Source: Alphaproteobacteria bacterium
GTDB lineage: Bacteria > Pseudomonadota > Alphaproteobacteria > Bin95
NCBI GenBank assembly: GCA_964291285.2
Contig: OZ219785.1
Coordinates: 800,001 to 864,000 of the forward strand
Direction of reading: 5' to 3'
DNA length: 64,000 bases
Made by a program: the position numbers and the translations under genes. Positions 22,642 through 32,016 of the stretch are shown piece by piece; position 1 is the stretch's first letter; every line of letters begins with the position of its first letter. The notes beneath the pieces were generated by a model that was given only the letters and a program-made list of their open reading frames with translations, ran no database searches and was not told the DNA's origin.

Positions 22642-22652
22642 GGGGGGGGGGG
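22642..22652 (-). repeat. Poly-C11 tract in the 5' coding region of autotransporter copy 1 (in frame)
   Basis: G11 on the + strand; reads VVPPPPQESG. Confidence 0.9.
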
Positions 22653-22852
22653 TACAACGAGTTCGGGTTCGCGCGCGCGTGAGGCGCTCACACCCCTCCC
22701 GGACAGCCGCAGGTCATGCATCCCGACATCGCCCGGCATCCGCGTCATGACATCATCCTCCCGTGCCGAATTCCAAACCTGCGCCGCGCCCGCACGGCCG
22801 CAGCGAACCCGCCAGTGCAACCCATAACCCGTCCGCAGGCCGGTTTCAACAC

Positions 22853-22980
22853 GCCGCGTCCGTCTGCTCGGATACGGCAATGTGAGCATGACGCTGCGCT
22901 ATGCCCATCTCGCCGACCGCGACATCGAAGCCGCCGCGGAACGCGTCGGGCAGGCCATGAGCGCCGTGCTGGAGGCTTGA
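22853..22980 (+). pseudogene. C-terminal fragment of a third integrase B
   Basis: RLLGYGNVSMTLRYAHLADRDIEAAAERVGQAM. Confidence 0.85.
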
Positions 22981-23021
22981 TGCACGACCCGGCCCGATGC
23001 TGCCGCTATCGTCGTGTCCGG

Positions 23022-23604
23022 TCAGAACTGTCGCACGAAGGAGAGTTTGGCGCGGTTTCGTTTGTAGTCGAGGGTCTGGGCGTTGGTATCGCGCTGCTCG
23101 CGGATGAGCGAGAGGCGGGGGCTGAAGCCGAGCACGGTGACGGCGCGGTTGTGCACGGAGAGCGAGAGGGTGCGCGTCTCGTCCCGGCGCGGCCTGCGGT
23201 CGATGGTATTGTGGGCGAAGCCCTGTCCCTGGTATGCGGCGCGCTGCAGGGAGGCGCGCAGGCCGAGGGTGAAGCCGGCCGGCAGCGCGAGCGTCGCGCC
23301 GAGGCCGGCCCGGGGTCCGCGGTTGCGCCAGTGTCCGGCATTGGCGCGGGTCCGGTTGTATCCGGCATGGCCGCCGAGGCGCAGGATCGGCAGGGCGGCC
23401 CAGCTTGCGCCGAGCATCGCATCGCCCGCCGGGCCGTCGAGCCAGGCGCAGCCGCGGCAGTTGCGCCGGGTGGCGCTGGCGTGGGCGAACAGGGCGAGGC
23501 GCGGCGTCAGGCGGTGCGCGCCTTCCAGCCGGACGCCGAAGCGGTCGGTCTCGGGCCGCCCGGCGGTCCATTGCCGGTCCACCACCGCCAGCAGGCTCGC
23601 CTCC
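23022..23604 (-). pseudogene. C-terminal beta-barrel half of a SLAM (DUF560/type XI secretion) gene
   Basis: EASLLAVVDRQW...RRDETRTLSLSVHNRAVTVLGFSPRL...YKRNRAKLSFVRQF with terminal Phe; joins 31346..32016 in frame. Confidence 0.85.
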
Positions 23605-25162
23605 TTGCGTCCGCCACCCCGTCGGACACCTCCTGGCAGCGCGTCAGGAACCATTGCAGCGTCCGGCAGGCGAGGCCCGTTTCGCGCGACAGCGTCCGCG
23701 CCGCCGAGGCCGACGGCGCCAGTCCCAGCACCCGCCTCTCTCCCATGCACGACACGGCCCGGCGCAGCATCACCGTCTTGCCGGTGCCCGCATGGCCCTG
23801 CACCCCGACCGCCCGGTCCCGGCTCTCGACGATCAGCCGCACCGCCTCGCGCTGGCCCCCGGTCAGGCCCTCCAGCGCCTCTCCGGGGACGGGAGCTTCG
23901 GAGAGCGCCCTGACAGCACCGATATTGGCGATCGTGCGCTCGCGCACCTCGCGTTCGGCGTTGACCGCCCGCGCCGTCGTCCAGGCCTCGCCCGCCCCGC
24001 GCCGGATCGCCGGCAGCAAATGCTTGTCCCGTCGAAGCTCCGCAAAGGCCCCCTCGATCTCCTCAAGCCGGTAGAGGCCGGGCGAATGCGCCAGCGCCAG
24101 CGCCAGCGCGTCCCGCGCCGGGAAGACGCTCGCCCGCTCCTCCAGCTGCTCAAGAGCCCGCCAGGCGATCTCCAGCGCCGTCGGCGGCGCCGCATGCCGC
24201 ACCCCGATCTTCCGCAGCGTCCGCTTGGCGAGGCCATTTTCCTCGGCAAACGCCCGCCACAGCGCCTCAAGCTCCGCCCGGCGCGGCTCGTTCTTGCGCG
24301 CCCGCGTCGCCAGCGTCGCCGCCTGCGCGGTGTGCGCATCGTAGCGCCAGCCCTTCTCCCGGATGTAGGCCAGGATCTGTTGCCGCCGGCTCGAGAACGC
24401 CTCCAGCACCGCACGCGGCCAGCCCGAGATCTCGAACCCCGGAACCCGCCCGATCATCGACGGACGCAGCGCGAAACCCTCACGGCGCAGACGGTGCGCC
24501 AGCTCGTTGCGGTAGAAGGCCCCGACCAGCTTCTCCGACCGGCGCAGCAGCCCGGTCTCCGCACTCCGCCACTGCCCGCCGTCGCGCGTCATGTTCGCGA
24601 CCACGCAATGGGTGTGAAGCTGCGGGTCGTTGTTGCGGCTCGTGATATGCCGGAAGGTCGCCGCCACCAGCATGGGCGCATTCACCTGCACCGAGCGCCG
24701 TTCCTCACGGCTCCAGAGCCGGGTCCGCAAGAGCCGCGTCTCAATGTAGTCCAGCGTCGCCCGCACCGCCGCATCGTGCGCCCGCATCGCCCTGGCCGCC
24801 CCCGGACCGCCCAGAAGCGCCTCGAGCGACACCGACTTCGGCGCCGAAAACGTGATGTCCGCACCCGGGCGGTGCTCGTGTTCGCCGTCGCGAAGCCGTC
24901 CGAGGCGAATGTTGGTGCCGGGAACGTATCCCTGCAGCACACGCCGGAACTCTCCGGGCTCCACATGACCCGTCAGCCCCAGCGCCGCTGCCCCGCTGCC
25001 CCGCCACCGGCTCGCCTTGCGGTGCTCGTCATCCTTGCGCGCGTAGTAGTCGCCCGCCTCGTCGTCGTTCGCCGGCAGGTTCGGCCCGAGCCCGTGCCCC
25101 TCGCGCCGGAAATAGTGCACCGTCGAGGAAGCCGAGGTCAGGTTGAAAACCGTCGCCACCAT
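23603..25162 (-). pseudogene. N-terminal half of a MOBF (TrwC/TraI-like) relaxase-helicase
   Basis: HYF...DYY tyrosines; DITFSAPKSVS; HITSRNNDPQLHTH HUH motif; Walker A GHAGTGKT; breaks just before Walker B. Confidence 0.92.
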
Positions 25163-25399
25163 CGGCAGAGGTTACCCCATCGCGGACGGCGGCGTGTCAA
25201 CCGTCCGGAGGCCGGTCCAAACCTGACAGGGCCGGGAACGCCACAGTGCGCCTGCCGCCGGGCCGAATTCGATTGCAACGGCCGGGAGCGCCGGGCAGGA
25301 TGCGCTCTGCGAGCCGACGCTTTGGCGGGCGGAACCGGCTTTTCGGCTCGGGATGCCTTCATGCCCTGCCATGGACCCATGCGTTGAGGAGAGAGCGCG

Positions 25400-27721
25400 A
25401 TGACACAGGATATTTCCCGGACCGGCGGTGCTGGCGACGACACCCTGACGGGTGGCCTCGGCAATGACATCCTGAAGGGCGGCCTTGGCGACGACATCCT
25501 GACAGGCGGCGACGGCGACGACACGCTGACGGGCGGAACCGCAAGCCCGGGAGCCGACGCGGACTTTCTCCTCATGAACCCCGGCAGTTCGGACGATGAC
25601 ACTCTGGACGGCGGCGCGGGCGATGACACGCTGGACGGCGGTGCTGGCCATGACACTCTGGACGGCGGCGCGGGCAACGACACGCTGTATGGCGGCGACG
25701 GGGACGACACGGTGGATGGCGGTGCGGGCAACGACCGTCTGGAAGGCGGCCGGGGCGCCGACAGGCTGACCGGCGGCCGGGGCGCGGACTCGCTCTATGG
25801 CGGCAGGGGCCATAGCGTCGACGTCTTTGCGTTCGCGGTCGGCGACGGGGCCGATTACATCGGCGATTTCGAGGCTGGCGACATCATCGAGATTGCCGGG
25901 GTGTCGGGCGGTTTCGGGGATCTTGTGATCGAGCAGAAGGGCTTCTATACCGTCATCCGCTACGGCGACGGCGACACGATCAAGCTGGAGGGCGTGACGG
26001 CGGCCTCCCTTGGCGCGGACGACTTCCGGTTCCTTCCCGTCGAGGCAGCCTCGCCGGAGGACGGCGGCGAGGACGCTCCTGCACAGGGTGCGCCGCCGGA
26101 CGGCAACGATGACGGCGACGATGATGCCTCGAGCGGCGGGCCTTCTGGCGGGGAGGTGCTGAAGGGTAGCAAGGACGCGGACACGCTCACCGGTGGTGAT
26201 GGCGCCGACACCCTGCGTGGCTACGGGGGCGCCGACACGCTGACCGGCGGGGCCGGCGACGACCTCCTCTATGGCGGCCTGGGTGCCGACACGCTGACCG
26301 GCGGGGCTGGCGACGATACGCTGGGGGGCGGCAAGGGCAACGACACGCTGGACGGCGGCGCGGGCGACGACACGCTGCGCGGCGCCAGGGGTGCCGACAC
26401 GCTGCGCGGCGGCGCGGGCGATGACACGCTGGGGGGCGGCAAGGGCGCCGACACCTTCGTGTTCGAGGCGGGAGACGGCGCCGACATCATTACCGACTTC
26501 GGGGCCGGCGACCGGATTCGCCTCGACGGCGTATCCGGCGGGTTCACGGCACTGGTCATCGAGCAGGACGGCGCCGATACCGTCATTCGCTACGGCGGCG
26601 GCGACACGATCAGGCTGTCGGGCGTATCGGCGGACAGTCTGGATGCGAACGACTTCATCCTGCCTGCTGGCGGCGGCGGCGACGATCACGAAAAGGCCGC
26701 TTACGGCGCCAGTACGAGCGACGACGACAACGACGGCGGCAACCCCCTCGACAACGACAACGACGGTGGTGACCCGAATGCCAACAACGGCGGCGGCGAG
26801 GACAGGATCCCGGGCACTTCGGGCGATGAGCCGCTCGACGTTGAGGACTGCGGCGAGACCATTCATGGCGGCGCGGGCGCCGAATCGCTCTTCGGTACCG
26901 CGTGCGACGACACGATCTACGGCAACGAGGGTGACGACAAGCTCTACGGTCGCAAAGGCGATGACATAATCTATGGCGGCGGGGGTAACGACCTCCTCCG
27001 CGGCAATTCGGGTGACGATGAGCTCTGGGGCGGCGATGGCAACGACACGCTGAGAGGTCGTGACGGTGACGACCTGCTGGAAGGCGGCAAAGGCTGGGAT
27101 TGGCTCTCGGGTGGTCTGGGCAATGACACGCTCCGGGGCGGGGAGGGCAACGACTATTTCGTTTTCGGAACGGAGGGCTACGCCAGCAAGTGGGGATTCA
27201 AGGATGGCGGCGACGACACGATCCTCGACTTCGAGGACGGGACGGACTACATCGTCCTCGGCTCGGTCGATGGGGAGTACCGCTTCGACGACCTTGAGAT
27301 CCGGCAGTCCGGCAGTGACGCCGTCATCACCTGGTCCCTGGGGACCATCACCCTGGAGGGGATCCAGGCGTCGCAACTGAGCAAGGCCGATGTCTTTGCC
27401 CACGTCCCGGTCGAATTATACGAGCCCCACTTGATACTCGACGACAGCATGGGCGACGACACGCTCCAGGGCCGCGCGGGCCTCAGCGACCGGTTCGGAT
27501 TCACGTATGGTGGCGACGACACGATCCTCGACTTCGATCACGGGAGGCTCGTGAGGGACCAAATCGCCTTCTATTCGGTCGACTCGGAGCTCGGCTTCGA
27601 CGACCTCGATATCCGGCAGACCGACAGCGGCGCCGTCATCACCTGGTGGTCGGGGACTGTCACCCTGGAGGGGGTCCAGGCGTCGCAACTGACCGAGGCC
27701 GATTTCGACTTCATCGGCTGA
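25400..27721 (+). CDS. Large multi-module RTX calcium-binding protein
   Basis: Dozens of GGxGxDTLx repeats; four copies of a DxIxDF...IEQ/IRQ...DF domain; RBS GAGGAG. Confidence 0.9.
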   Translation: MTQDISRTGGAGDDTLTGGLGNDILKGGLGDDILTGGDGDDTLTGGTASPGADADFLLMNPGSSDDDTLDGGAGDDTLDGGAGHDTLDGGAGNDTLYGGDGDDTVDGGAGNDRLEGGRGADRLTGGRGADSLYGGRGHSVDVFAFAVGDGADYIGDFEAGDIIEIAGVSGGFGDLVIEQKGFYTVIRYGDGDTIKLEGVTAASLGADDFRFLPVEAASPEDGGEDAPAQGAPPDGNDDGDDDASSGGPSGGEVLKGSKDADTLTGGDGADTLRGYGGADTLTGGAGDDLLYGGLGADTLTGGAGDDTLGGGKGNDTLDGGAGDDTLRGARGADTLRGGAGDDTLGGGKGADTFVFEAGDGADIITDFGAGDRIRLDGVSGGFTALVIEQDGADTVIRYGGGDTIRLSGVSADSLDANDFILPAGGGGDDHEKAAYGASTSDDDNDGGNPLDNDNDGGDPNANNGGGEDRIPGTSGDEPLDVEDCGETIHGGAGAESLFGTACDDTIYGNEGDDKLYGRKGDDIIYGGGGNDLLRGNSGDDELWGGDGNDTLRGRDGDDLLEGGKGWDWLSGGLGNDTLRGGEGNDYFVFGTEGYASKWGFKDGGDDTILDFEDGTDYIVLGSVDGEYRFDDLEIRQSGSDAVITWSLGTITLEGIQASQLSKADVFAHVPVELYEPHLILDDSMGDDTLQGRAGLSDRFGFTYGGDDTILDFDHGRLVRDQIAFYSVDSELGFDDLDIRQTDSGAVITWWSGTVTLEGVQASQLTEADFDFIG

Positions 27722-27969
27722 CGCGCGGCGCCAGAGCCATGCGAGAAGCACCGCGCCGAGCGCCAGCCAGAGGGGACAGGAGCGTCGCGGCCCCGACGTG
27801 CGGGCGCCCGGCGGCTGACTGTGGCATGGATGCAACAGGTCGGTAAAATCGGCGTGGGGGTTGGTCCGGGAGGTTGTGCGGTGTCGTGCGGCCGGGTTAG
27901 AGGTTCCGCGCCATCGCAGCGGCGGGTGTATTCGGGTTGACTTCCGAGGCTTTATCACGGAGTAGAATG

Positions 27970-28032
27970 GCGCCTCGCGCCTCGCGCCTCGCGCCTCGCG
28001 CCTCGCGCCTCGCGCCTCGCGCCTCGCGCCTC
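27970..28032 (-). repeat. Tandem heptamer (GAGGCGC) x 9
   Basis: Same unit and context as 1137..1260, with fewer copies. Confidence 0.97.
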
Positions 28033-28368
28033 TTCATGTCTTTCATATGCGGGCTTTTGGCGCCGGTCAGCCGGTTCGCCATCGGGAGAGCTTCTCCCGC
28101 CTGATTGTTGTCTTTCCCGCCTGTGCGTCCTCTGCGGAGGAGCGCCGGGCGCGTGCAGATGACAGGTTGCCGGGCAGCCCGCCGCGCTTGCGGCAGGCCC
28201 GCCTTGCGGGCGGCCCGGCTTTCCCCGGCACGCTTTCTGCCGCGGCCTTTCCGGGGCCGCGGCTTCACCTCCCGTCCCCGGTGACCTGCCGCCCCGTCGT
28301 GCGCCTTCTCCGGCGTGCGGCGGTCGACGGGCGCTGCGGACGGGCTTTCACCTGAAGGAGACGAGACG

Positions 28369-29472
28369 ATGACGACAACAAGACATGGCCCGGCATGGCC
28401 GGGGGACGGCAGGCTGCATGGCGGATGCCGAGCGCGGGGTTTCACGGGCAAGGTTCTTCTTGCGGCCTCGGGTCTTGCGCTTGCGGCGGGTCCTGCGTCT
28501 GCGGCGGAGATGCTGAGCGTGGGCGTCGGCGGCTACATGCAGCAGTGGTTCGGGATGGTCGATGTGGACGACTCGGCGGACGCGACGGTCGAGGGCGGCG
28601 TTGCCCAGCAGTCGGACAGCGAGATCTTCTTCAAGGGCAAGCTGGACGCCGACAACGGCATGACCTTCTCGGTGAAGGTGGAGCTCGAGGGCAACAGTTC
28701 GGGTTCGATGATCGACGAGTCGCAGCTGACGGTTGGCGGCGAGTTCGGCCAGATCACGCTGGGAGCCGAGGACAGCGCGGTGGTTCTCACCCACATGGGC
28801 GTGCGGGATGCCGGTTTCGGCATGGTCTGCGGCGACATGGGCAAATGGGTCAACGGCATCGACGAGTGCAGCGTGAAGGGCCTGGGGACTGCGGGCCACG
28901 GCCTCGGCGACAAGAACCTGGTGAGCTACTTCACGCCGCGGGTGAACGGCGCGCAGATGGGCGTGAGCTACATCCCGAACACCTCGCAGGAAGGCCGCAG
29001 CGCCGCGTTGAAGAACAACGACATGGACGCCTGGTCGGTCGGCGGCAACTACAAGGGCGATTTCGGCAACATGAACCTGGCGTTCTCTGCGGGCCACTAC
29101 CAGAAGAGCCAGATGGACGCCGACGACATGACCTACACGAATGCCGGCCTGCGGGTGGGCATGGGGGCGTTCAGCTTCGATGTCGCCTACGCCACGGCGG
29201 ACGACGGCATGAAGGCGGACGGTCCCGAGGATGTCGAGGTCGTGGCCGCCGGGGTGATGTATTCGGAGGGCGCGATGGCGGTGAGCCTGAGCGGCACGAT
29301 GACCGAGGCCGACGACGGCACGGAGCAGTCGGGCGGCCTGCTTTCGGCGGGCTACACGCTGGCGCCGGGCATTGCCTGGAGAAGCTCGCTGTTCATGGCC
29401 GAGAAGGACCGGGCGGACGGCAGCAATGTCGAGGGCACCGGTTTCGTGACCGGCATCACGCTCGGCTTCTGA
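28369..29472 (+). CDS. Alphaproteobacterial porin, copy 2
   Basis: Signal peptide (LLAASGLALAAGPASA); SEIFFKG...GEFGQITLGAEDSA; SYFTPR; terminal ITLGF. Confidence 0.92.
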   Translation: MTTTRHGPAWPGDGRLHGGCRARGFTGKVLLAASGLALAAGPASAAEMLSVGVGGYMQQWFGMVDVDDSADATVEGGVAQQSDSEIFFKGKLDADNGMTFSVKVELEGNSSGSMIDESQLTVGGEFGQITLGAEDSAVVLTHMGVRDAGFGMVCGDMGKWVNGIDECSVKGLGTAGHGLGDKNLVSYFTPRVNGAQMGVSYIPNTSQEGRSAALKNNDMDAWSVGGNYKGDFGNMNLAFSAGHYQKSQMDADDMTYTNAGLRVGMGAFSFDVAYATADDGMKADGPEDVEVVAAGVMYSEGAMAVSLSGTMTEADDGTEQSGGLLSAGYTLAPGIAWRSSLFMAEKDRADGSNVEGTGFVTGITLGF

Positions 29473-29549
29473 GCGGCGGTCGACGGCACACAGGAACGGT
29501 TCAAACGGTTTGCCCGGTTTGTCCGGGCTGAGAGAAGGAGAAGGGTTCG

Positions 29550-31264
29550 ATGAGAACCATGAGACATGTGGCTCTGGCGGCGATGGCCGCTGCGGGCCTG
29601 GCGCTCGCGGGCTGCGGAGGCGGCGGCGGGAAGAAGCCGTCCACGGCGATGGGCGGCGACCAGCAGATGGAGATGACGCCGGTCGAAAAGGCCAAGGCGG
29701 CCTACGACGCCGCTGCGGCAGCCGAAAAGGCGGCGGAGGATGCCGCGAAAACGGCCAAGATGAAGCGTGACGAGGCCAAGGAGAAGGACGCATATGACAT
29801 CTACACCACCGGCGGCGACAGCGGGGTAGTCGTGAACAACGCCGCGGCCGTGACAGCCGCGAAGGCGGCGGCCGAGAAGGCGCTGGCGGACGCCAAGGCG
29901 GCGCTGACGGCGGCCAGGAAGGCGCAGACGGACCTGAACGCCGTGTCGGGCACGCCCGGCCTCGCGGCGCAGAAGGAGGTGGTCGGTCAGCGGATCAAGG
30001 ACGTGGAAGCGCAGATCAAGCGCATCGAGGGGTATCTCAGAACGATCAACGGCTATGCCGGGAGGGTCGATACCGAGGCGAAGATCAAGAACCGCGCCGG
30101 CGAAACCCCCGCTGGGCCTGCCCGGGGCAACAACGCGAGGCGGGTTCTCGAGATGCTGCAGCCTTTCGATGCGTCGTCCCCCGGCGGCAGAAACAACAGG
30201 GCCAAGATCGAGGCCCGGTGGAACCGGAGGGCGAGCAATATCGAGGATCTCATTGGCAAGATACCGACGAAGCGCATTGCCCCTACTACCGCCACCGACA
30301 CAAGCCCTGGCCGCTCCAAGGCCTACCTCAAGTATGACCTGCGCGGCCTCCCGGAAGACGCCATGACCTGGGAGCAGATCGCCGGAGAGGGGAACCTGGT
30401 CAAGAAGGCTTTCGGCACCGACAACATGGATGTCGATGTCCTGCCCCTTGCCGGGATGCCCCTTTCCGTACTCACCAGCAGCGGTGGAACGGCCGTGACC
30501 AAGCTTCCCGACTTCACCGGCGGCAAGGCCGACGCCCAGTATTACATGGGGGTCAAGGGGACGCTGCATTGCCAGGGCAGCTGCACGGTTGACGAAGGCA
30601 AGCTGATGGGTTCGCTGTTTTTCCAGAAGGCCGGGGAAGAGGTCGCCGACAGCACGCTCTACTACCGGATGAAGCCGACCGACGCCCACTACACGCCGTA
30701 CGGAGCCTATGCCCGCTACGGGTACTGGCTGTATGAAACCGCCGACAGCATCGGGATCCGTCTCTTCGCCCACGCCCCCACCGCCGAGTACGGGGATATC
30801 ACCGAGAAGGCCGGGCTCGCCAAGACCGCCACCTACGATGGCGAGGCCTTTGGCCTGTCGGTGCTGAGACCTTCACCGCCGGCACGCACACGGGGCAGAA
30901 GTCGGGACAGTTCACGGCGGATGTGACGCTCAACGCGACGTTCATGGTTGGCGCCACCAGAGCCAAAGTGGGAGGAAAGATCGACAACTTCATGGGGAAT
31001 GCCGTTCACGAGGACTGGGTCGTTACGCTCCAGGAGACGGCGAGTAAATACGACGACTACATCTCCTTTGACAACGGCGTTGCCCAGGGTGCCGCCCTTT
31101 CCGGCGGCACCGCGCCTCAGGCCGGCGAGTGGAATGCTGAGTTCTATCACGATGGCAGCCCAGAGCGTCCGGTCGGTGCGATCGGCATGTTCAACGCCCA
31201 TTTCTCGAACGGGCACGCTGCCGGCGCCTTCGCAACGAGGATGAAGACGGAGACGGCGGAGTAG
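29550..31264 (+). pseudogene. TbpB-like surface lipoprotein (frameshift ~30866)
   Basis: Lipobox LAGC followed by GGGGG; Ala/Lys coiled coil; C-terminal TATYDGEAFG...GQFTADVTLNATF...GEWNAEFY...GAFATR barrel continues in a second frame. Confidence 0.8.
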
Positions 31265-31345
31265 CCTGCTCCCGGAACATCCGCGTTCCCGGGCCCCGGC
31301 CGCTTCGGGCGGGCGGAGGTTCCCTTTGCACGGACAGGGGTTTTC

Positions 31346-32016
31346 ATGCGCATACCCGCTCTCGTCATTGCCGCCGGGCTGTGCCTGTTCGCCGCCGCCG
31401 CCCACGGCCAGGACGCGACCGGCGAGCGGTTCCGGGCGGGCATGGAGGCGCTTGCCGCCGCGCAGGCCGCCGCGGACCGGAACGCCCGCGACGGGAAGCT
31501 CGACGAGGCGATTGCGGCGTTCCGGGCCATCCTGGTGGACCGCCCGGAACTGGTGCGGGTGCGTCTCGAACTCGCGCACGCCTTCTTCCTGAAGGAGGAG
31601 GACAGCCTGGCGCGGCGGCATTTCGAACAGGTGCTGGCCGGGACGCCGCCAGCGGCGGTGGCCGCCAACATCCGGCGCTTCCTCGACATCATGCGCGCGC
31701 GGCGGCGCTGGGAGGCGCATTTCGGCTTGGCGGTGGCGCCCGACAGCAACCTCAACGCCGCATCGGGGGAGCGCACGGTCTTTCTCGACACGCCGTTCGG
31801 GCGCCTGCCCTTCACCCTCGACGGCGACGTGTCGCGCAAGTCGGGCATCGGCGTCTCGCTGTGGGGCGGCGGCGAATACCAGGTTCCGTTGTCGCCGGCC
31901 CTGCGGCTGCGCGCCGGGGCGGACGCCAGCGCGCGGGAATACAAGGGCGGGGCGTTCGACCGCCATTCGCTCTCGGCCCATATCGGCCCGCGCCGGCTGA
32001 TCGACGGGAGCACGGA
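31346..32016 (+). pseudogene. N-terminal (signal peptide, TPR) half of the SLAM gene
   Basis: DEAIAAFRAILVDRPELVRVRLELAHAFF...ARRHFEQVL, APDSNLN; lies directly after the lipoprotein. Confidence 0.85.

Larger units (their letters stand above)
17236..22748 (-). pseudogene. Fibronectin type III/Calx-beta-like autotransporter adhesin, copy 1 (1-bp frameshift ~20283; 267-bp duplication in the barrel)
   Basis: Signal peptide (LAALFLIALAAALAPQAA); FN3 repeats (VTGLDNGTAYTFQ); C-terminal barrel ending LRGALRW; ORFs 20277..22889 and 17236..20280 are one frame in copy 2. Confidence 0.85.
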
